Shown in pieces: positions 58,289 to 64,000 of a stretch of DNA of 64,000 nt. Position 1 is the first letter of the stretch; each line of letters opens with the position of its first letter. Location: NCBI GenBank assembly GCA_029565935.1, contig JAKQNF010000002.1:67065-131064 (forward strand). Reading direction: 5' to 3'. Made by a program: the position numbers and the translations under genes. The notes below the pieces were generated by a model. The model worked only from the letters and a program-made list of their open reading frames with translations, made no database searches and had not been told where the DNA came from. The stretch is from Bacillota bacterium (lineage in GTDB: Bacteria > Bacillota > DTU025 > MWDF01).

Positions 58289-58945
58289 TCACATTTCCTC
58301 TCTAAGTAAAGACATTACTTTCTTCATGTCATGCCATACGTCAATCTTCCTGGATGGGTCCCTGAGCAGGGCCGCAGGATGGAACGTAGGCATGTACTCT
58401 ATGTTGTCGGCTTCAATGAAGCTGCCCCTCGCCTTAGTTATACCTTCCTTCGTTCCTGGTATCATCGCCTTATAAGCGGTAGATCCTAATAGAACGATCA
58501 CTTTCGGTTTTATTATTTCAATTTGTCTTTTTAAATATACAATACAAGTATCTATTTCATCCTTTTCGGGAACTCTATTGCTAGGTGGTCGACACTTGAC
58601 TACATTACCTATGAATACTTCCTCTCTTTTTAGGCCCATCGCATTGATTATCGCATCCAAGAGCCTTCCAGCAGCTCCTACGAAGGGCCTGCCTTTTACG
58701 TCTTCATCGGCGCCGGGCCCTTCTCCTATGAACATAATCCTGGCATCTAGGCTACCCTCACCAGGAACTGTATTTATCCTTGTAGATCCTAGTTTGCATG
58801 ATTGGCACTTGGCGACTTCGTTAATCACGGTAGCCATAAGTACGTTCTTGTCATAGATGCCCATGTTGATAATGGGTTCCTCGTCTTTATTCTGCGACTT
58901 TCCAGCAAATAAGTTTAGCTGCTCATCAGTGTTCAATGGGGTCAC
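58289..58945 (-). CDS. udg: Uracil-DNA glycosylase, family 4 (thermophile-type UDG, 4Fe-4S)
   Basis: ..CQSCKLGSTRINTVPGEGSLDARIMFIGEGPGADEDVKGRPFVGAAGRLLD.. is a family-4 UDG motif (GEGPG, FVG.AG). It is 218 aa. Confidence 0.8.
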   Translation of the reverse strand: MTPLNTDEQLNLFAGKSQNKDEEPIINMGIYDKNVLMATVINEVAKCQSCKLGSTRINTVPGEGSLDARIMFIGEGPGADEDVKGRPFVGAAGRLLDAIINAMGLKREEVFIGNVVKCRPPSNRVPEKDEIDTCIVYLKRQIEIIKPKVIVLLGSTAYKAMIPGTKEGITKARGSFIEADNIEYMPTFHPAALLRDPSRKIDVWHDMKKVMSLLREEM

Positions 58946-58958
58946 TCCCAGAAAGTAA

Positions 58959-58987
58959 TTGCACTTACATAGCTTCTGTTATATCAT
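58959..58987 (+). promoter_or_regulatory. Putative sigma-A promoter of the tRNA-Pro/tRNA-Leu pair (TTGCAC - 17 nt - TATCAT)
   Basis: Read directly. The -10 ends 21 nt before tRNA-Pro. Confidence 0.35.
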
Positions 58988-59008
58988 ATTATTTGTCTAA
59001 ACAGCAGT

Positions 59009-59085
59009 CGAGGTGTAGCGCAGTTTGGTAGCGCGCTTGGTTCGGGACCAAGAGGCCCCGGGTTCAAGTCCCGGCACCTCGACCA
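59009..59085 (+). tRNA. tRNA-Pro (anticodon CGG)
   Basis: The acceptor is CGAGGTG/CACCTCG plus A plus CCA. The D-stem is GCGC. The anticodon stem CTTGG/CCAAG has loop TTCGGGA. The T-arm is CCGGGTTCAAGTCCCGG. Confidence 0.9.
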
Positions 59086-59091
59086 TTTTTT

Positions 59092-59175
59092 GCGAGAGTG
59101 GCGGAACGGCAGACGCACCAGACTTAGGATCTGGCGAGGCGACTCGTGCGGGTTCAAGTCCCGCCTCTCGCACCA
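59092..59175 (+). tRNA. tRNA-Leu (anticodon TAG), long variable arm
   Basis: The acceptor is GCGAGAG/CTCTCGC plus A plus CCA. The anticodon stem CCAGA/TCTGG has loop CTTAGGA. The long extra arm is typical of tRNA-Leu. The T-arm is GCGGGTTCAAGTCCCGC. Confidence 0.9.
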
Positions 59176-59442
59176 TTAAGCTCATTTTACAATATCGACC
59201 TTCGATGTTAACACCTCTAAATACGCGTATTAATCATTGGTACTTTTTACTCCAATGAAATATGCCATGCCTTCTCCCCTATTCCCTATGTCAACTAATG
59301 CATAGGATTAAAATAAGGCACAAATTCTTAATGTCTTAAACACGTATAATGTATCGGTGGGCTTCCCCGGCTTGCTTAGTAATTCTGAACTAGCTCACTA
59401 TAGAATAGCTGATGTTAACGCGATTATAGGAGGCAATTGTAA

Positions 59443-60573
59443 GTGGAATTCAGAGACCTGAAAAAGCAATATCAAATGCTCAAGGAGGAAATCAATCAAG
59501 CCATATTAGATGTCGTAAAAGACGGTAATTACATCCTTGGTACGCAAGTTAGCCAGCTTGAGGATGAGTTAAGCGAATTCTCAGGAAGTAAACATTGCGT
59601 GTGCTGTGGTAATGGTACTGATGCATTGATTCTAGCTCTCATGTATTGGAATATTGGCCCTGGTGATGCAGTGTTCGTTCCGGATTTTACCTGCTTTGCA
59701 TCAGTGACCTGCATACTGACTAGAGGAGCAGAACCGGTATTTGTCGATATTGATTTGAAAACCTTCAACATGGATCCCAACTCTTTAGAAGAAGCCGTTT
59801 TGAACGTTACTCGTGAAGGTCGCATTAGGCCGCGGGTAATCATACCTGTCGATCTCTTCGGCCTCCCAGCGGACTATGGCAGAATTCTTGAGATTGCTCG
59901 AAAATACTCCCTCCTCGTACTTGAAGATGCCGCCCAGAGCTTTGGGGCATCAATCAATGGACGTAGAACATGCAGCTTCGGAGATATTTCGACAACTTCC
60001 TTTTTCCCAAGCAAACCTCTGGGTTGTTACGGGGATGGCGGGGCTTTGTTCACTGGTTCTAGGGAGATTGCCGACCGTCTAAAATCCATGAGATTTCTTG
60101 GAAGGTCGGTAGCTGATCAGTATGACAATATAAACATCGGCTTGAACTCCAGGCTAGATACATTACAGGCGGCAATACTGTTGAAGAAGCTAAGAGCTTT
60201 CAAAGAATACGAGCTTGACTGTGTTACCAGGATTGCTGAATACTACTCTAGCCTACTGAAGAACGTGGTATCGATTCCCAGAATTCCAGAGGATTTTTAC
60301 TCAAGTTGGGCCCAGTATACGATACTTTTGGAAAATGAAGCACAAAGAGATAGCCTTAAGGATTACCTGAGTACGTTGGGAGTTCCATCAGCAGTTTATT
60401 ATCCTCGCCCTATGCACTTGCAGAAGGCATGCGAAGGTTTGGCAACTCCCCTAGTATCCCTCGCCAACTCAGTTCATGCATCCAAATGTGCACTCTCTTT
60501 ACCGATGCACCCTTACCTAACTGATGAAGAAGTTGAGATGATTACTACAACTATCATAGAGCACATAGGCTGA
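59443..60573 (+). CDS. DegT/DnrJ/EryC1/StrS-family PLP-dependent sugar aminotransferase
   Basis: ..VCCGNGTDALILALM.. and the Lys-PLP motif region (..FFPSKPLGCYGDGGALF..) are present. It is 376 aa. The GTG start follows the RBS TAGGAGG. GC is about 41%, against about 58% in the core. Confidence 0.85.
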   Translation: MEFRDLKKQYQMLKEEINQAILDVVKDGNYILGTQVSQLEDELSEFSGSKHCVCCGNGTDALILALMYWNIGPGDAVFVPDFTCFASVTCILTRGAEPVFVDIDLKTFNMDPNSLEEAVLNVTREGRIRPRVIIPVDLFGLPADYGRILEIARKYSLLVLEDAAQSFGASINGRRTCSFGDISTTSFFPSKPLGCYGDGGALFTGSREIADRLKSMRFLGRSVADQYDNINIGLNSRLDTLQAAILLKKLRAFKEYELDCVTRIAEYYSSLLKNVVSIPRIPEDFYSSWAQYTILLENEAQRDSLKDYLSTLGVPSAVYYPRPMHLQKACEGLATPLVSLANSVHASKCALSLPMHPYLTDEEVEMITTTIIEHIG

Positions 60574-60616
60574 CATCCAAGTAGAAATCCATAGATAATG
60601 CTAGGTTCCAGAATAG

Positions 60617-60646
60617 TGAAGGCAGGAGATCTCTCCTGCCTTCACT
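60617..60646. repeat. Perfect 30-bp palindrome GTGAAGGCAGGAGAT|CTCTCCTGCCTTCAC, 44 nt after the DegT stop
   Basis: Read directly as 15-bp arms with no loop. No U-tract follows on either strand, so it is not a canonical intrinsic terminator. Confidence 0.6.
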
Positions 60647-61151
60647 AGCATACTAGATGCATTTTCTTAACGCACAAATACCTTTCCTTTATAGATCAAC
60701 ACTCCTGCGATCCCAAAACCCGTTTACAAAGAAGTATCATAACCGCCAGCATTTCGCCCATTCAACGTAGATATATCTATTCTAGGCATCTACCATCGTT
60801 CTGATGTATAATTTTTCAACCACCAATTATCATGATTAAGCCTCCTCCCATTCTGAATTCAAGGCCATCTATGTTACTCTGCAGTATAACGCAGTCATGA
60901 TACCTCTGTTATAATAACGCCAAGGATTGTGTATCGTTGCATCTTTTTCTTCCTTTAGTGAACTCATATACATATCGAGCTAGAGACGCCATTCCTTGAC
61001 CTTTTCTTTGTCAATGGATAAGATGCCCCGGTAATATTTACCTCTATCTCTCATCCTCCATGCTTCCCTACGACCAACATTAAACATTGTATTAGAATCA
61101 TCTTATCCATTTATCCGCATATGAGCATACTTTGTTGTTATCTGGACTCGT

Positions 61152-62873
61152 CTATTTCGCTGGCATCAGTTTGCCGCCTCCTACCAGGGTTATCGTCTTG
61201 CCACTGAGCCAGGAATTGTCCTTGTTCTTCGAATCATAATATACGTTATGTCCGTTGCTGATGATGTTTGCCAAGCTGTTGTCGCCATCCTTCATCACTG
61301 TAACATACGAATCTGCCGTGACTTTCCAGGTACTCTTACCGTCCAGGCTCAGTGAGACGAATTTAGCTGTCTTCTCCTTATTAATCGCTCCTTCTAATAT
61401 GGATTCGTTCTTCAACACTAAAGATGCAGTGCTGATGCCATCTAGAACAACATCGCCACTAAGCTTCTGTGAATCCGCATTAAGAGTGATATCTGCTCCA
61501 TTAGACCCCGAATTACCCCATTGGTCCGCCCCGGCTTTGAGCAATATCCCTGATGAGCCACTAATTTTGACACTCTTGAGGTTGATTATGCATGCTGTAT
61601 TGGTTGAGTAGAATACTGGACCCTCCGTGACCGTAAGCGACCCTCCGCTCATAGTAAATGTACCGCTGCCTACTGTCGCGTCGCCTGACATGCTCTGATA
61701 GATGAACACCCCATAGTTCTTCTCTGACTTCGCATTGCAATCAGATAATGTTATCGAGTTCTTCCCTTCAATAACGGCTACTTCCGAGGTAATTGATCGC
61801 AGTGTGGCATTGCTTACTTCTATAGCACCAGTTGAGTATATGGCTGGTGATTTCGTACCTTTAGTCAGGACTGTCCCGCCTTTGGCGATTATCGTCCCTC
61901 CTCCCCTGTCCGTCGCTATGGCAGCAGCTGCCCCGTTTCCTGAAGTAGTGATATCGACGTTCTCCATGACAATCTTGCCCCCGATCGTCGCGTCAACCCC
62001 ATGGGCTCCTGAAGCAGCACAATCGATGGTGACTCCATTCAGTTCGATATAGGATCCGCTACCACATGCAAATATGCCGTTAGCTCCGGTGCCGGTGGTC
62101 GTTACGTCCGTATCCTTAATAGTCAGCTTACTCCCCGCCTTCACAAGTAGGGCTGCGTTCAATCCATAGAAGCTGCTGTTATCCATCGATGACGTGTTGC
62201 CAGAAGTCGTTATCTGCATGCTTGTGATCGCGAGTGAGCCGCCATTCGACACAATAACGGCTGATTGGTCGTCGGTCGTGGCCTTCAAGGTGCCTTCCGA
62301 TTTCTTGGCAGTCCCGCTCGATAATGCATAGACTGCAGTCCCTGTTACGATTGTCGTATCGGAAGCAGCCTGACCGCCAGGAACACTAGTCTGCCCACTT
62401 GGGGCTGCAGGTGGAGTACCACCAGGTTGTGACCCGAGCATGATGTGTATGAGGGAAGGGTTCTTGGCTCCTGAATCAAATGTCATCTGAAGGTAGGCAC
62501 CTACCTTAATATCGGATAATTTTGCTGCACTTGCAGCCGATCCGGGTCCTTGCATCCCTTGCATGGTTATCTTGCAGGAATTAGTGACCGTAAACGTTTT
62601 AGTCTCTCCTGACAACGTGAGTATCTCCGGGGGGCTTGCTTGTCCTCCGCCGGGCATTGGAGGCGCACCTTCGCTAGTTGGAGGCGCTTGCTGCGGCTGC
62701 CCACCTGCCTGCTGCTTTAGCGTACCTAACGCTACCGTTATCTCCGTTCCATTTATCTTTGTTACCTTGCCGTACAATGTGGTCTGCCCGTCCTCTGCAT
62801 AAGCGCACCCTACGATGAACAAGAACATGCCTATTATCAATATCGCTGAGAACAACCCTCTTTTCGGCTTCAT
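61152..62873 (-). CDS. Secreted or lipid-anchored right-handed beta-helix (pectin-lyase-fold) repeat protein, Gly/Pro/Gln-rich linker
   Basis: A signal peptide MKPKRGLFSAILIIGMFLFIVGCAYA (possible lipobox VGC) is present. A low-complexity GGQPQQAPP..PGGGQ linker follows. About 400 aa of Thr/Ser/Gly/Asn-rich repeats (..SGNTSS.., ..TTSGNGAAAA..) match parallel beta-helix adhesin or lyase folds. Confidence 0.6.
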   Translation of the reverse strand: MKPKRGLFSAILIIGMFLFIVGCAYAEDGQTTLYGKVTKINGTEITVALGTLKQQAGGQPQQAPPTSEGAPPMPGGGQASPPEILTLSGETKTFTVTNSCKITMQGMQGPGSAASAAKLSDIKVGAYLQMTFDSGAKNPSLIHIMLGSQPGGTPPAAPSGQTSVPGGQAASDTTIVTGTAVYALSSGTAKKSEGTLKATTDDQSAVIVSNGGSLAITSMQITTSGNTSSMDNSSFYGLNAALLVKAGSKLTIKDTDVTTTGTGANGIFACGSGSYIELNGVTIDCAASGAHGVDATIGGKIVMENVDITTSGNGAAAAIATDRGGGTIIAKGGTVLTKGTKSPAIYSTGAIEVSNATLRSITSEVAVIEGKNSITLSDCNAKSEKNYGVFIYQSMSGDATVGSGTFTMSGGSLTVTEGPVFYSTNTACIINLKSVKISGSSGILLKAGADQWGNSGSNGADITLNADSQKLSGDVVLDGISTASLVLKNESILEGAINKEKTAKFVSLSLDGKSTWKVTADSYVTVMKDGDNSLANIISNGHNVYYDSKNKDNSWLSGKTITLVGGGKLMPAK

Positions 62874-63093
62874 TTGCCTGCATCCCCTTCATAGTCTTGT
62901 GATACATGGATTCTCTTGCTGGCATTATATTACTCAAGCATTGTTACAGTTTTTTGTACGCTATGTCACATTTCTGTGAATATGATAAACAGCCATTCGG
63001 GAATATCATCTTAAACAAAATGGGCGGCAGTATTGATCTGCCGCCCATTCTGGAACCTTCAATGGATGCGATATCGATAGATATGTGAGGGTA

Positions 63094-63978
63094 TTAAAGG
63101 CTTATATGCTCGTTTATTTCGTCCAATGCCTCCATGGTAGCCTTTACTCCCATATCGATTATCTCTTCGGCCCTATAGAATTCGTGTGCCAGAACACCTT
63201 CTATCGCCGGCCTTATCCTAATGTCAGAATGGTGTATTACCATCTTCACAAGACGCTCTTGGAAAATATCGAAGCTGTTGAGGAGCACGGCTATCATATT
63301 AGGTTCGCCTTTTATCCCGGATTTTGACACGTCCGGAACGACATCCACGCCAATAACCACGTCCAGGCCCAACGCCGTCAGATAGTCGCTTGGTACGGGG
63401 TTCGAGACGGCCCCGTCCACGAAGTACTCGTTCTCTATCTTATGAGGTACGAATATGCCCGGCATCGATATAGAAGCCCTTATGGCACTCCATACCGGTC
63501 CATTGTCAAAAGCTTTCTCCTCTCCCGTCTTAATGTTCGTGGCTATCGCTACGAAAGGTACCCTAGTAGCTGCAAAGCTTGCGTTATGGGTCAACTCCAT
63601 GAGCAGCTTCCTTATCCTGCCGCCCCTTATGAGGCCCGACCTGGTCGTGATGCCCAGATCCATGTATCTGATGATGTCGGTCTGCCTAATGGATACGGCG
63701 AGCTCGGTAAGCTCCCGCACGCTCATCCCGCATGCGTAGGCACCTCCTACCAGGGCTCCTGCGCTGCATCCTACTATGGCGTCTATGGGTATAGAATTAT
63801 CTTCCAATACCTTCATCACGCCAATGTGCGCAAGCCCTCTCGCTGCGCCGGATCCCAGCGCCAGTCCTATCGTCTTGCGGTTTAGACCTTGCTTTATCGC
63901 ATTGATTCTTTCTTTTGAGTTCCTAAGGTAATTCTCGTCGGCTAGCGCCCTGCTGATACTATCGAACATGATCTTCAC
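63094..63978 (-). CDS. Patatin-like phospholipase
   Basis: An oxyanion GSGAARG is present. A GCSAG nucleophile elbow (GxSxG) is present. A catalytic DGA/DGG motif (..VDGAVSNPVP..) is present. It is 294 aa. Confidence 0.8.
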   Translation of the reverse strand: MKIMFDSISRALADENYLRNSKERINAIKQGLNRKTIGLALGSGAARGLAHIGVMKVLEDNSIPIDAIVGCSAGALVGGAYACGMSVRELTELAVSIRQTDIIRYMDLGITTRSGLIRGGRIRKLLMELTHNASFAATRVPFVAIATNIKTGEEKAFDNGPVWSAIRASISMPGIFVPHKIENEYFVDGAVSNPVPSDYLTALGLDVVIGVDVVPDVSKSGIKGEPNMIAVLLNSFDIFQERLVKMVIHHSDIRIRPAIEGVLAHEFYRAEEIIDMGVKATMEALDEINEHISL

Positions 63979-64000
63979 CTCAGCAAGAAGTTAACTTCAG

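Noticed and set aside
59025-59258. 77-aa ORF on the + strand
   Set aside because: It overlaps tRNA-Pro and tRNA-Leu on the same strand, so it is spurious.
60617-60646. The palindrome read as a rho-independent terminator of degT
   Set aside because: It is a perfect hairpin, but there is no U-tract on either strand. It is kept as a repeat or possible binding site instead.
1-64000. Transposases, integrases, prophage genes, restriction-modification or other defence cassettes
   Set aside because: None was recognised. No DDE or serine/tyrosine integrase is present other than the chromosomal xerC and xerD. No nuclease/ATPase or methyltransferase pairs were seen.

Overview
This 64-kb window is a chromosomal segment with a Bacillus-type (Firmicutes) core gene order. 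It has one strong compositional shift: about 58% GC from 1 to about 50 kb (hand-counted on a few 100-nt samples), dropping to about 41-51% from about 50 to 64 kb. Genes from 1 to 55 kb are all on the + strand and tightly packed. They are trmFO (5' partial), xerC, hslVU, rpsB, tsf, pyrH, frr, uppS, cdsA, dxr, rseP, ispG, proS, a GT2 glycosyltransferase, polC, rimP, nusA, ylxR, ylxQ, infB, ylxP, rbfA, nrnA, truB, ribF, rpsO, pnp, a buk-ptb-buk-vorDABC cluster, a NUDIX gene, xerD, deoB, pdp, trpS, scpAB, an RCK protein, rluB, four pilin-like genes, cmk, plsC, a transaldolase, an ispH::rpsA fusion, a parvulin, a radical-SAM/PDZ protein, der, plsY, an MgtC-like gene and surE. From about 55 kb the region turns accessory and terminus-like, with mixed strands. 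It holds tRNA-Trp, pduL-NUDIX-zinc ribbon, a divergent yneA-lexA SOS module with two LexA boxes, an unknown gene plus a family-4 UDG, tRNA-Pro and tRNA-Leu, a low-GC DegT aminotransferase, a 580-bp AT-rich gap, a secreted beta-helix protein and a patatin. The most notable observation is three 28-bp dif-like XerC/XerD core sites whose XerD arm TTATGTAAAC(T/A) matches the Bacillus subtilis dif arm. One sits on the xerD promoter, at a break from Bacillus gene order. The other two are in inverted orientation and bracket a 1.5-kb low-GC cargo segment, which resembles a dif module or the true terminus dif. Both Xer recombinase genes are in the window. Other observations include a PolC with no recognisable proofreading-exonuclease domain, an attenuator-like hairpin in the nusA leader, a 66-bp in-frame tandem repeat in infB, a 15-nt x3 tandem repeat in the RCK gene leader, and a pilin operon with a possible frameshift. 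No CRISPR arrays, transposases or integrases were seen.
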